NCBI RefSeq assembly: GCF_006345805.1
Contig: NC_043003.1
Coordinates: 75,826,001 to 75,890,000 of the forward strand
From: Octopus sinensis
Lineage: Eukaryota
DNA: 64,000 bases
Reading direction: 5' to 3'
In this document: piece by piece, positions 25,169 through 41,080 of the stretch
Position numbering within the stretch: position 1 is the first letter of the stretch
Layout: every line of letters starts with the position of its first letter
Notes under the pieces: generated by a model
The model's input: the letters and a program-made list of their open reading frames with translations, nothing else
What the model was told of the DNA's origin: nothing
Database searches by the model: none
Position numbers and translations under genes: made by a program

Positions 25169-26139
25169 GCATGCACATGTATTTCTTACTATTATACATT
25201 TTCCGTTTCCATTTTACAATTAAGGCCTGGCCTAATATATGCGAGAATGCATTAATTTCATTCTTCACGTTTTTGCGTCAGTTTTGTTAGATAAAGCTAA
25301 GACCAGAGTAGGTGATTAAGTGGAAATAGATTTATGGCAAAATAAGTGAGTCACAAAATTGATCCTTAGCATAAAATATTGCATATATTGATATTCTGTA
25401 CTGGTATACGCATAATCAGAATATTCTATTATATATAAAATGCCGTGTTCACATATTTTTGTAGTGTATACTTTTTTACATGAAAGGCATATCATTATCT
25501 CATTAAATATGTATCTTGTTATTTAAACAGTTTGACTGTCGTGCATCTTTAATAAATGTGCAATGGAGGATGGTATTTATATATTTCAACCCACCCCATG
25601 TCAGTGTGTGTTTGTATATATTCATATACATCTGTGTGCATGTGTGTCTATATATATTATGTACAGCATACATGAATTTATATATGAATGTATATGTCGT
25701 TGCTATTATTTTAAAATGTCGTATTTAAAACGTCCAAATTTTCCCAAATGCGTTCTTTTTTTCAATATTTAATTATGCTTGCAAAAGCGGGTTCTCTTGG
25801 TCAAACTACCGTATCTCCAGCTGCTTCAGACGAAAATTATCAAAGTGTAGTTGAACGGTTTAGCATTCTTCAAAAGTTTAATAAGTCTCACATATGACAG
25901 TATTGCAAAAATATTTCTAAATGAAAATATCATATGTGCATGGAGTTACGATTTTATGCACCCAGCAAAGTATTATTGTTATGTTCAAACTGTTGCTAAT
26001 GTAAAAAGAAGTTGAATGGTCAAATTATTTTTCCGTTTTCTGAAAATGCAACGTTTTGGACTAACGACACATTTGCATAAGCATGATAGCAACGATATGT
26101 ATATACTGTTCTACTCTAGACATAAGGCCCGAAATTTTT

Positions 26140-26322
26140 TGGTGAGAGGAGCCAGTCGATTAGATGGACCCCAGAACGCAAAGAGTACTTAATTTATCGA
26201 CCCGGAAGGATGAAAGGAAAAACTGACCTCTGCGGAATTTGAACGCAGATCTTAAAGACAGACAAAATACCGCTAAGCATTTCGCCTGGCGCGCTAACGC
26301 ATTTCGCCGCCTTCACAACGAT
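26140..26322 (-). mobile_element. SINE (family B)
   Basis: Minus strand GGCGGCGAAATGCGTTAGCGCGCCAGGCGAAATGCTTAGCGGTATTT...GTTCAAATTCCGC has a B-box-like GTTCAAAT. Confidence 0.8.
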
Positions 26323-26449
26323 GTGTATATGGTTTGCCCGCCAAGTCAGAGAGATGACATCATTCGAAGGCTACAATGCAAACAAGCAAGCGCATGGTGA
26401 CCAGTGGAGTACAATTGCATCCTATATTCTGGTTGATGCAGCGGTGGAC

Positions 26450-26500
<51 letters not shown>

Positions 26501-26527
26501 TATGTATATATATACTTATATATATAT

Positions 26528-26565
<38 letters not shown>

Positions 26566-26979
26566 TTATATAGAAACACTCACAACTTCATCAACTCCAA
26601 ACGAAATTAACTCAACCAACCCATAAATTGTTAAATAATATACTTAAAATTTATATTCATAATCTCCAAATTTTCTTATTTCGGACTACACGTGTTTCAT
26701 GAGGGGACGTATGGTATTGTTAAGACAAAAAGGAGTAGCTATATTTATAAATGTGGGGAAAGTAGACCTGACGATTGGGAGTGCGTAAACATCATGAGTT
26801 TTGGAATGACACTTTGTGTTTTAACAAAATGCTAGCAAAGTGTTAAAATGGAACTAATCTCTTCAAAAGACAAAGTAAAATTACTACCTGATTTTATAGG
26901 AAGTTGATGCATGTAGTTTATTCTGTCTCGGTCTGACTTTACTTCACACAATTGAAAAAACCGCATTACTTATGGGATG

Positions 26980-27063
<84 letters not shown>

Positions 27064-27275
27064 TATATATATATTATTGCCATAAATAGTATTATTTTCT
27101 AACTAAATAAAGCCCCGTAATGGTAGAATAATAAATAGAAAATAGTGGTACAATAATATTTATGATTTTTATACAAAACTTTTTCGCTGATCTACATTCT
27201 ATATACAGCTCTTACGGCTAGACTTTCAACCGAATATACCGGAATCGTTATAAGGAATGTTCAAAAATTTCGTTT

Positions 27276-27366
27276 TAGGTGAATCTAGCTGACGAGGACT
27301 AACTGAATTTACGATAATAGGCGTATTAGGAGAGTCCGAATCTCGAGTACTAGATTATCCACTCTA
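27276..27366 (+). ncRNA. Type I hammerhead ribozyme, one core substitution (A15.1U)
   Basis: AAUCUAG-CUGACGA-GGAC...GUCC-GAAUC-UCGA-GUA-CUAGAUU. Helix I is a perfect 7 bp and helix II is 4 bp with G10.1-C11.1. Confidence 0.8.
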
Positions 27367-27844
27367 GGTTGTCCATCTATCCTGTGTCCTTACTAGAGGT
27401 AAGATAAAATTTGTTTATATTCGTTGCCCGCACACATAGTTGCCAGTATACATTTAGTGAATCTTTCTATAGCGTCGTACGGTTATCGAATGCTATTTAC
27501 AGCAAACATCGGTGCGTTGTTGTACCACTATTTTCACCCCCCCCCACACACATATATATATATATTTAATGTGTATATTTATGTATATATATAGGCATAT
27601 ATATGTGTGTCAGTACATATGAATATATGTGTTTGTGTATGTATTTATATATAATTATGTATGTATGTATGTGTGTATGCATATATCTATGTACGTGAGT
27701 GCGAGCATGCACATGAATGTGTACATGCTCCCCATGTTCGGCTGAATTTGGCAGTCTGCATAAATGAAAAGAAAACAGGGTACACCATAACCCTTTCAAA
27801 AATGAAAGTGTTCTAAAAAATCTTAAAATTTCAAACACTCCCTA

Positions 27845-28330
27845 CACGTAGTAATCCATGGGATTATACTCAGGGCAATCAGATGAACTAAATTGGGACT
27901 GATGAAGTCATGGGGATTCTCTGAAAACTATTCGAACATTTCTGACACTTTGTCGCAGAGATGACAATGTTCCTCCCACATATATGAGCACGTACTAGCA
28001 GCAACTCTCTGCAACCAAGGTTTGACCACAGACCTCACCAGCTTCACATACCCATCTAAGTTGAGTCTAAGGCCCTCTTCATTCTTGGTTCGATGAACTC
28101 CCACATGCGAGCACAGTAAGAATTCCGGTGATGTCCCTTCCTATTGACGATAGCTTCGTAGTCTCCGTTGTAGCGATACATGTCGCGTCTTATAGCCTTC
28201 ACAGTGTTCACAGAACGTTGAGCAGTAGTTATGAAATTGGCATTTTCATATCCGGTGAAAATTATCCTGATACATGTAATACATTATCAATATTCACACG
28301 GCAACCAAACACTCATGTCAGCTAACTTTT
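27845..28330 (-). mobile_element. Internally deleted Tc1/mariner-superfamily transposase remnant (DD37D/maT-like)
   Basis: GLRLNLDGYVKLVRSVVKPWLQRVAA...SENPHDFISPNL..(S)DCPEYNPMDY resembles the DD37D catalytic region. Confidence 0.75.
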
Positions 28331-28841
28331 ACTCAACAGCAACTTTAATATTTATGCTCGCCAGCGCCGTTGACTTATCACCAATACATCAAATTGTTCC
28401 TGAAAAAAATAGATATAAAGAATAGTCAAATTTAGCCTGAGAATCCTATATATACCTCTTTGCCTGCGATTATGTCTATGTGTGTGTAAGTATAAAAGCA
28501 CCTACTACATTCACATACGTATGTCGTCAGCAATATAGAATACTGAAATGGATTTCCAATATTTAGTGTCAAACAATGTTGGACTCAGGTGAATATGTAT
28601 AATATTCGTGAGGTTTTCTATGTTGTTGATGATAATAAGGATGATGATGATGACGAGGACAATGACGCTGATGATGTTGATGCTGCTGTTGGTGGTGCTG
28701 GTGGCAGCGCCGGTAATAGCAGTTGTAGTTGTGGTGGTAATGATGACAGTAGAGTAGTATAAAAACCATTTCCCCAAAGAGAAAAATCCAAATACTACAT
28801 ACAGACATACATACACACACAAACACACACACACACACACG

Positions 28842-28872
<31 letters not shown>

Positions 28873-28887
28873 CACACACACACACAC

Positions 28888-28923
<36 letters not shown>

Positions 28924-29514
28924 TATTTTTTGTTTTCAAAAATGAAAAGAGGAAAAAGCGGAATAAAAAATTATGTTGGATCCATTATTATTATAATATA
29001 CCTATATATGTTAAAAAATATATATATGTAAAACAGCTAATTCTTTATTCTCGATGCTATTCCGGGAAATATGAAAAAAGGAAAATAATGTTAAGTGAAA
29101 GACGACGATGTGCACTGCATAATGTGAACTTTAAACTAAATAAAAAATATCAGGTTTTATGAATTTTCTTGATTCTTTTATTCAAATATAGTTTTTAGGA
29201 AGAAATTTGAAGAAAAGTACAGCTAATACTGAGTTGATTTTGAGAATATATATTAAGCTTCTGTCATCGTCAGAGAGACAGAAATATATATTCCCATACA
29301 CATACACGTATAAACACACACATATACACAAAAATAGGTATATATATATATTGGCAGGACACTTTCACATTGACAAAATCGCACAAGCAAAATATTTTAG
29401 AATACACACACACACACACGCATATAAATGCATATATACATATTTACCTAAATATATGCATACTTGCATACATGAATCCTTACAAAGGAGTATATATATG
29501 TGTGTGTGTGTCTG

Positions 29515-29560
<46 letters not shown>

Positions 29561-31425
29561 AAGAAAGAAAGAAAGAAACACACAAAGAAAGAGAGAGAAC
29601 GAAGGTGGATGAGATAAATAAATAGATAGATGCACGCATACACACACAATTGACCATGTGCACATTCCATATGTGAGCTTATATATATGCATATATGTTT
29701 ATATGTATGTATGATTGTGTGTATACATGTGTTTACACATATCTGTGGGCGTATATATATATATTTATAACTAAATATATACGAAAACAGAACAAAAATG
29801 GAACAAGAACGTAACATATATATATATATGTATATATATATACAGAGATATATAAGTATTATATAATTATACGTATGATTGTATGTATGTATATATATAT
29901 ATATATATATGAAAAGAAAAAAAATATTCCATCTAAAATGATGATGGAAATGTCGTGATTTGGAAAGAAATAGTACTAATAATAGTAAGAATAATGACGA
30001 CAAGATCAACAGCGGTAACAACAACAATAACAACAGCTCGATCTGAAATATATACGTATACTGATTTGCTCAAAATTCCGCCAAACAGACAGAAATATTT
30101 TTTTAGAAAACTTTGAAATGTAATCGATATTACATTTCTATACGGGTTATGAGTTGTATACTGCAAAGTTTAAATAAGATGGGAGTGGTGGTGAGATAAA
30201 ATAACAAAAATAATTTAAAGTATTGTCTACAAAAGCGTGGCAGAAACCAAGAATGAATATACGGAAGTAGATTAATCATTTTTCTTTCAATTTTTGCTCT
30301 CGTCTCGGTGGGTTTCCATTTTTATTATTTCATCGAAATTTTAGTTTTCTTTAAAACAGTAAAGAAAAATGCATATACACCAGCTCACATCTGAACTTTG
30401 CCTACATCAATATATGTTTCAAATATGAAATTTAGTGTTTCTATTTATATAAAGAAAGCTGCATAAATCATTGTCTGGAGGAGTCAGAGTTGAGGTAACT
30501 TACAATTGATGAACACATATCTCAGAAACGCACGCATTGGTTATGGATTGATAAAATGTTACTAATCAGCTGTATACAAATCTCTTATGTTTCAACGACA
30601 AATAAGCAAATATACCCGTTTCAATAATATAAAGTCAAATACACAATGGTCTTCAAATCGTAAGAAAAATATCTTCATTCTTCGAATCTCGGCATGCCAA
30701 ACTGACGCTGCTCATATCGTTTTTGCTTGTTTACATAAATAACGAATAAATAAATCTTAGTGCACCATTGATATTCTGTCGTACAACACACAATATGCAG
30801 CACTTAGAAGACCCTAATCATTTAATATAACCATAAGATTCTTTTTCTAAACTTAACTAGAGAAATATACAAAAATCAATATTGTTTTACATAGATATAC
30901 TGATATATTTATGATTTTACATACATTTTTCCTCTGGTTTCAATTGCATTGTTAGTTAAATCTTATGTGCATATCTATAGTTAAATCTGCAAGCATTATC
31001 ATTGTATGAACATGTATAATTCATGTCCAGGTGCCAGTCAGTTATAAATAAAATCATTACGCAACGTAATAACTTAAAATATGAAAATAATGGTAAGTTA
31101 TACATATTTGGAGTAAACAGAAAACAAGTATTTTGCCTCACAAGAGGAGTCTCTGTACAAATATATAAGCTTTTGTGTATTCCTAACTAGATAAACATTC
31201 TGAAAGCTATTTTTTGAAGTAATGCAACAATCTAGATGTTGTCGCTGAATATGATTGTAAGAGTGCCAAATTTATATTAAATGATGCCTATTGTTAAAAG
31301 AGAAGTAAAATGGAGTTCGAAATATAGTGTTGTAACTCGTACAATTGATGTCCATTTTCATTTGTATCTCTAAAAGATATTTTCATATCTGTTCAGAAAA
31401 TAAACAAACTTCACTAAATATGCTA

Positions 31426-31468
<43 letters not shown>

Positions 31469-31523
31469 TGATTGATTGATTCTAGTTTCAGCTTATGAGC
31501 TGTGGCCATGCTGGGGCACCGCC

Positions 31524-31790
<267 letters not shown>

Positions 31791-32984
31791 AGTTTCTTTA
31801 TTGGCCACACAGGGCTGCACACAGATGGGACAAGTTACAAGGTAGAGCTTTTCTTTTGGGGGATGAAAAAAAACAAAAAACAAAAAAAACAAAAGAAACA
31901 AAAAAAGGTGGCGTAGGTTTTCGATCAAAAGGGATCGTAAAAGGGGAAAAAAAGAACAAAAAATAAAAAAAAAGATAGATAGATAGCCCATTCAGATAAA
32001 CAAACAATTCAAATAAAAACAAACGAAATAAAATGGACGTGAGGACGTGCACGATGCTTCACGCTCAGTGAAAGGAGAGAGCTAAGGGGGAAGCACAGAG
32101 ATGTTGTAGTTGCATTGCTGATTCTGAATGTGTGTGTGTGTGTGTGTGTGGTGTGTGTTTATATATATATATACACATCGACATTCCTCCCTGTGTCTGT
32201 GAAATCGTGTATCCCTGCCGTAAGGCTTCATTTCCACATGCGCCAGCTTAATTTAATTCGTCCTTAGTCGAAAGACGCCTGTTGGTATTTCCTGTTATTA
32301 CATATATGAATGAATACTGAATGAGATGCAGAAAGCATTCATGAACACGAAACACAAATCTACGAATCTGTTTCGAAGTACTTGATCAAAGTGTAATAAA
32401 CTGGATTGAAATGCTAAAGCCCAAGAAAGAATTATATTTTTTTGTATCTGCCTGTAGTAGAATATTGAAAGTACAATGGTAGTTTTCATTAATTTCGTTT
32501 ATGGAATTTGCAAAACTTATTTTATCCTCCTGATAAATTTAATTTCTCATCATTCATTTCCCTTTTATACTTGCTTTGTTTCCTTGTTTTTCCATTTCAA
32601 AGTGTCTCACTTAAATCTGACAATCTGTTTGTGTAAAGTTTGTAAATTTTGCGAATTTTGCAAATTTCGCAAAACTTTAAATCTTTTTTGTAAGTTTTCT
32701 TTGTATTTATTACTTCAATCATTTTTTTTCTGTCATTCTCCCTAGGTATTTATTTAATCTTCCTGATGTTACTTGTAATTTTTCGTCGTTTGTGTCCAAC
32801 ACTACCTCCCCTGATGAGGGATATATTCAGTTAATATGAGATTTGTGGTTTTCTTGAAAGAAATACACTCGGTGCTTCGCTTTGATCGCTATTCAATTCG
32901 CTTAATTCAAAGAATCTTCAGTTTTACTTATATTATATAACAGATATAGCGTATGTATACTGTTCTTAATAATTTCAAGATTTT

Positions 32985-33345
32985 TTAGGCAGCCTGGCAA
33001 AATGCTTGGAGACATTTCGCCTGTTTGCACGTTTTGAGTTCAAATTCCGCCAAGATTAACTTTCATTTACCTTTTGTCCCTTTCGACATTCGATATATCA
33101 GGTACCAGTTGAACACTGGGGATATGGTAATCGACTAGCATCCTCCTGGCCTTATGCCAACATTTGAAACCACTATTTTCAGGAGTTTAAGATGGTCAGC
33201 TGGCTGAATCATTAGCACACCGGGCGAAATACTTCGCGGCATTCCATCTCTCATTACGCTGATTTCGAATTCCGCCGCGGTCGACTTTGCCTTTCATCAT
33301 TTCACGGTCGATAAAATAAGGGCCTTCGGAACACTGGAGTCTATG
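32985..33345 (+). mobile_element. Two adjacent SINE family B copies
   Basis: Two heads, G(G/C)CAG(C)CTGGC..AAT...TTCAAATTCCGCC and AGCTGGCTGAATCATTAGCACACCGGGCGAAAT...TTCGAATTCCGCC. Confidence 0.75.
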
Positions 33346-34809
33346 TAATGATACATGATTTTGTAGCTATATTTCTAACTTAATCTTTAAGTAAAGGAGA
33401 GAAAATACAACAGAGACATAGCTCATGAAGGGTGTGAGAAGGAGCTACATGAAATTAAAGATATTTGAGAGAAAGCTATACATTCCAAAAAAAGATTTGC
33501 AATCATAATTTCAACTGTTACGTTACAAATTCACCCACTGATTTAGAAAAAAAAATCAAACTTAGAGAAAGTCGAGCATACATCTTCCTATGAATTCGTC
33601 TCTATGGAAAGCTGTAAGACTCCATATACCTACCAGATAACATCCGTAAATGCTATGTATTTTATCAATGTGTTGAATGTACGTGAGTCTGTGTCTTCTC
33701 TTGTCATTGTATGCGTTCTTCGTGTTTTGGCGTGTATCGGTTTATGTATATGTTTGAATCATTGTTTTTAATACATACGGCCGTATCTGTATCTAAACGT
33801 TGCATGTATGCGTGTGTGACTGTTATTTTCGCTATATATATTTGTGCCTTTGCATTCATTTTGTTTTCTTTGTTGTCAAAAATAGAGAATGATTTTGTGA
33901 AATGATGTTGTATGGCAATGAAAGAAACAGTTTGCATTTTTTTTTATCCTAGCTATCTACATGACATATTCGCTGGAAAATTTGCTGATACTGCGTCTTA
34001 TGTTCCAATACACAGAGAATAAAACATTTTAGCACGACAGTAAATTTCTTATGCTAAAAACAAGGAACATACATAGAAATAAAACATTTGAACTTTAGTA
34101 TAACATAGAAAGATATACACTTTCGTGTGTATTTGTATGTGTGCGTGTATGCGTGTGTTTTTGTGTGTGTGGTTCTGTGTATGTGTGTGCTTGCATGTGT
34201 ATGTGTATATCTGTATCCACGCATGTGAGTATAATGTGTACTTACGGTTATGATATGCTAGAGTTTACACTGTGTGCTCGCTTCTTTGCGACGTTTCTGT
34301 TCGTAATTTCTTAGTAATAAGAATATCAAATTTTCGAAAGGTGCAGATTTGAACACTCTGAATTTCTATGTTAGTATAATCAGTAACATTTTCTTTAAGT
34401 GTACCATTATTAGTTTACATATAATGAAATTTAGTACTGTGACATTTCTCAGTACCCAGACTGTGGAATATAGTAAAGAGATATAATGAATGCTGCTGAA
34501 CATTTTTTGACGTTTCAACGAATCCGTCATTTCGAATATATTAACAACAGCAGCAACGGTAATTTTGCTCTTATTTTTGTTAAGTGTGTGCTGGCAAAAT
34601 TATTAGATAGTCGGAAAAAGCGTTTTCCCACTTTTCTTCCAGAATTTTAAAATCTGATTTGAAACTTGCTGGGGTCAATTGTGTATTTATTCACATCGGA
34701 GTCGATAAATAAACATAGAAATAAAGTGCCGGGGTCAATATAATCAACACTCCAACTCAAACTAAAATAACTGATTTCGTGACATTAATGAAAACAATAT
34801 TACTGATTT

Positions 34810-35420
34810 CTAATTTTGGCACAAGGCCAGCAATTCTGGTGGTCGGGAGTCGATTATTTCGACTCCAGTACTCAGCTGGTACGCGGAAGGATGAAAAGCA
34901 TAGTCAACCATTGCGGAATTTGAACTTAGAACGTAAGGATGGATGAAATGCCGCTAAGCATACTTCTCAGCACGCGAACGATTCTGCCAGCTCACCGCCT
35001 TATACATTATTATTACTACAGATGTTCTTAAGTCGGTGTGCTGGCATGATCGTTAGCGTCACGAATATTGCGTTATTTTTCAGCTCTTTACATTCTAAGC
35101 TCAAAGAATACCGAGTTTGATTCCACTTTCATTCTTACCATGAATATAAGTACCAATTAAGTCCTGTGGTCGACGAAACCAATTTGTTACACTTTGGTCA
35201 AGTAACAGTTAAGCCCTGGGGCTTGTACCAAAATCTGAAACCATTATTATTGTTGTTGTTAATAATGTGAGCTGACATAAATCTTTAGCACACGCGGCCA
35301 AAATGCTTAGCAACATGTCGTCCATCTTGAGATTCTTAGTTCAAATTCCATTGATACTCTCTATGCGTTTGGGTCGATTAGAATGACTATACCCCTACCT
35401 CAAAAACCTTGTGACTATAG
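34810..35420. mobile_element. Cluster of three SINE family B copies (one minus, two plus)
   Basis: 34810-35000 is a minus-strand copy. 35030-35245 and 35265-35420 are degenerate plus-strand copies. Confidence 0.7.
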
Positions 35421-35992
35421 CAGAAAGGATTATTATTATTGCTGTTGCTGTTGATGATATTATTATTGCTGTTGCTACTTATAGTCGTTGTTGTTTTCAT
35501 TGCACATGGTTTATCATAATTTAAAAGGAGTAATTTTTACAAATTCAAATTGCATTATGTTTATATTTTCTCCAATTTCTTTATTACGCTACATGTAGTT
35601 ATGTATTTTCTTAGTTTCCGATGTGAATCTTTTTAAAATCTCCTTTCTAATATAGTAGTATTTCCAGAAGTAAGTATTTCAAATTTGTGGAAAATCATAA
35701 AAGAGATTTTTTTGTACAAAATATATTTCTGCATCAATGTGTGCATATGCAGGCACGTGCGTGCACGAGTGTGCGTGTACTTATGCATATGTAAATACTC
35801 ATGAATTATATAAATTATGCCATGCACTTATATGAATATCCATTATCTTTATCTTACAATATAATAACTTTTTGATGAATGTATGACATGGTAGCTAATA
35901 TATATATACTATATACGCAACTATACATGTGTGTGTGTGTATGTCTGCATATATATATATATATATATATAATATATATATATATATTATAT

Positions 35993-36041
<49 letters not shown>

Positions 36042-36245
36042 ATGTGTGTGTGTGTGTGTGTGCTCATTTTATATATCTATCCCACGTCTCCAAATAGAGG
36101 AACGTACCACTTAATATTATAACTATCCCTTATTCTATTTCTGAATTCCAGTCGGTCGAAAGTTTCACAGAGGGTCAGCATGTAGAACCATTTGATTATC
36201 ACCGCCCTCACTTTCTCCTTGTTTCTTTTTTTCGTTTTGAATTTC

Positions 36246-36365
36246 CACCCTGATGAAGTTTCGTAATTCAATTTGTTATAACTAATTACCTACAATGATA
36301 ACTATCATTACTATTGTTGTGGTGGTTAAACCCGAGAATCATGCTAACAGAAATAGCTGTAAGTC
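36246..36365 (+). ncRNA. Degenerate hammerhead ribozyme with long helix-II insertion
   Basis: CUGAUGA at 36250-56 and GAAAU-AGCU-GUA-AGUC at 36350-65. The 3' half resembles the 59.16 kb HHR. Confidence 0.4.
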
Positions 36366-36514
36366 TTTTTGTAATTAATTAATAAATGATAATTCATGTA
36401 ATTCAGTTATTATCCATTAATTGTAACTTCATTTTCTGTTTTCCTTTATATACATATACACAGACACACACACACGCAGGCACGTACGCACACACATATC
36501 TATCTATCTATCTC

Positions 36515-36552
<38 letters not shown>

Positions 36553-37061
36553 CGATGTGCATTCCCGCGCAGGAAAAAATAAAGGAGAATATGTTTTGTG
36601 GGTTTGAAAATGCACCTGGATATGAAAAACGTGTTGTTGTTTTAAATAGATTTATTCAAATAAATACCAAATAACTTCTAACAATGTTTTGTTTATCAAT
36701 GAAACAAATATTTATGAAACAAAAGTTTTAAATTACAGTTTAAAATTTTCAACATGGTTTAAAATTACAAAGTGGAAGTTGGAAAAACACCTTTAAAAGA
36801 TCAAATGATGAAATATTCACGTAAAATTCGAGGAGTCTCACACGGATAGATAATATCAAAGTAAATATTCACGAAGACCATAACAAAGGTGCATCATTAA
36901 AAGTTCAGGTATTTTGAGTTTTTGTAGAATACGTTGACAAGAGAGAAACAAAAAGGGAAGAGAGTTAAAAAAGTTTATTTTATAATTGCTGTCGTCGCGC
37001 GTATAGTTCTTTTAGTTATATATATGTATATATATATATGTATATGAATATATATATATAT

Positions 37062-37420
37062 TCTTGGAAAAGGATGCGTGGCGTTCGATCTTATAATAAT
37101 GTAAGTAATATATCAATATATGCATATATACATACATATATGTACATACCTACATGTATATGTATATATACATGAATATATGAGTACAGGACATCAAAAA
37201 ATACGTTGACCACACAATGAGAAACGAAAACATAAAAACGAACTTTTTTCGAACAACGAAAAAAAACAAACAGAGAAACGAGGCATACAACATGAGGAAT
37301 ATTCCCCTTCTTCAGTTGTCCCATATTCATCTACTCTGCGTTGCGAAGGCAAAGACAAGACGCGACTTCGTTGAAACAAGTCCGCCGCGCAAAGCAAATT
37401 AATCAAAATTCGCAAAAATT
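37062..37420 (-). repeat. Dispersed copy of the PLE pLTR-like unit
   Basis: It matches 2060-2260, 4790-5090 and 8240-8460. Confidence 0.8.
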
Positions 37421-37428
37421 CCTAAATG

Positions 37429-37503
<75 letters not shown>

Positions 37504-37663
37504 ATGTATATATGTATGTATGTATGCATGTATGTATGTATGTGTGTATATACATATATGTAACAGTTTGACTCCTACCCTTAGCATGGCAGGTGTATAT
37601 TTGGTACGCTATGCTTACGGCTACTAACGTTATTATTTTTTTGAATAGTAATGTTCTTTTATA

Positions 37664-38210
37664 CAGGACGGAGCATAAAGATATCCCATATTGTGAATAA
37701 AGAGAGAACATAAGCATCTTGGGAAATTTTTATTATCTTTCTGAAAATACATATATTGTAGTGGGTTTTAAACACTATATTGGCGAAATGACGGCTGTTT
37801 TTTGCAAAACATTGATGCAGCCTCTCCTGGAAGTTCTCCATAACACCCCGTTTCGTCACACGTGATATTGCGTTAATTTATTCACGAATCCTTTCTTTCT
37901 AATCCTCAAGAGTTCGATAATGATGCCGGAAAGTATTTTTCTTTAGTTATCCCCGAAGGAAAAAGTCACAAGTTCTTAAATCTGGTGATAACGCCACGTC
38001 TCCCCTCAATGTTTTTGATAAATTAATGATGAATTCGAAAATGATCAAACCTACAAAAAGAAAGAAGTTTTGGAGTAATTAATGATGAATATAAAAATGA
38101 TGGATCTTCGCCTTCCAAATGAAATCTATCCCGCTTCTCTACTTCTACTTAAGTCCACAGGGTGCCTCCTCTCTCCTCCAAATGTGGAAGAACTTTATGC
38201 CCCCACCCTG
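37664..38210 (-). mobile_element. Deleted Tc1/mariner-superfamily transposon with both TIRs
   Basis: TA|CAGGACGGAGCATAAAG ... CTTTATGCCCCCACCCTG|TA. The minus-strand C-terminal peptide reads GVMENFQERLHQCFAKNSRHFANIVFKT. Confidence 0.8.
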
Positions 38211-38636
38211 TATATATTTATAAATAATTTCATATAGTTCGTTTGTTTCAGTGGTCCTTAGGAACAGAAGCAAACACAGGCATAATAGGAGTGAAGCTTA
38301 TTAACTGTTAATAGTAGATCCGGCGGAGGAGAATCGAGTGCATTTAGCGCTAAATTTGAAATTATGATATCAGATTGACTGATATTCCTTCTGCAACGTT
38401 CCCGGAGGTAAAACGCAGTTCATATTCACTTCAATTTTTTCCTATCATTTTTGTATTAATTTAGTGATGCTTCTGTGGTTTCTGATTCCTATCTTTAGCA
38501 AAGCAGGTGTTTATTTATTACCCTCTAATATATAAATATATTTCTATAGTGTATATATATTTATTAATTTTAATTTTGCGTATGCGGCTTTTATGCTTGC
38601 GGCCATTAACATTATTACTTTTATGAATAATGTTTG

Positions 38637-38639
<3 letters not shown>

Positions 38640-38668
<29 letters not shown>

Positions 38669-38765
38669 TGTATGTATGTATGTATGTATGTATGTATGTA
38701 TGTATGTATGTATGTATGTATGTATGTATGTATGTATGTATGTATGTATGTATGTATGTATGTAT
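38640..38765. repeat. (TATG)n microsatellite
   Basis: Directly visible. Confidence 0.95.
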
Positions 38766-39839
38766 GTATGCGTGTGTGTGTATGAATATATGTATTACAA
38801 CATGGTGATTGAGAACAGGTCCAAAGACTAAAACTAATTTCATTTCAAGAAACAAAAGATTTCTCCAAATCGGACATAGCATCAAAGAAAGAGAAAGGGA
38901 TAACTGTCTTGAAATAAGATAAGAGTCGTGACCCCATATTGTTCGATCACAGGCGTCATCACATAAGAATTTTCCTAACCAATCACCGGCAACCTTTGCA
39001 CAGAGACATGTCAAAACAGAACTGTAGAATATATTTATGTGCTGGGTAATTCGCCAAAAAAAATCATAAAGAAATAAACTAAGAGAAATACTGAATAATC
39101 ATTAGTGCCATGTGCATACCCAACATGGACAAATATAAGTATATCAAATATCAGAAAACGTATTGCATATACTTCATTTCGATATATTTAATAAATCTGA
39201 TTCCTGAGATTATCTCCCCTTCTCATCTGAAGCTCATCCCAATCGTTATTTGGTAACTGTCACAGATCACCAAGAAGCAGAGGAAATTTTAATAAATCAA
39301 AAATTTATGCTATATGTTATTTAATATAAAGGTATGCGGATATGCATGTAAATGTTTAAGTCTCTAAGCATGGAGATATATACAGAAATGCATAAGTTAA
39401 AGCAATTTTCTATATGTTTGTGCGTATGTGTGCGCGTGTGCATGCATAAATATGCAAATAAATACACGCAAGCACACACACACACACACACATATATGCA
39501 TATATATATACATTTATATATATAGATAGATATATCTTAAAATTATACACTACATTCAAGTCTAACTTAATTCCCATATTCTCGGATGCAAAATTGTTCA
39601 AAACCTGTATGTAATAATGGAGAATAATCACTTATAGATTCCATTCTAGCTAACATATGAAAAGATACATATATACCTAGATACACATCTACTTAGAATC
39701 GTACATAAACATACGCACGCGTTAGCACAAGCCTAGGGAGATGCATGCAGGAAGCACTTACAAACATAGATTAGGGCAAAGCAAACTCACGATCACACAG
39801 ATATATGCATCTGAACACACATACACATTTATCTGCTTA

Positions 39840-41080
<1,241 letters not shown>

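Noticed and set aside
26698-26830. HEGTYGIV resembling a CDK glycine-rich loop
   Set aside because: No VAIK-like lysine motif follows and there are no exon boundaries. Probably chance.
27895-27940. CTGATGAAG...CTGAAAAC
   Set aside because: Helix I does not pair, and it lies on the antisense strand of a transposase remnant.
32805-32870. CCCCTGATGAGGGG hammerhead-like start
   Set aside because: No matching GAAA, NUH or helix I partner was found on either side.
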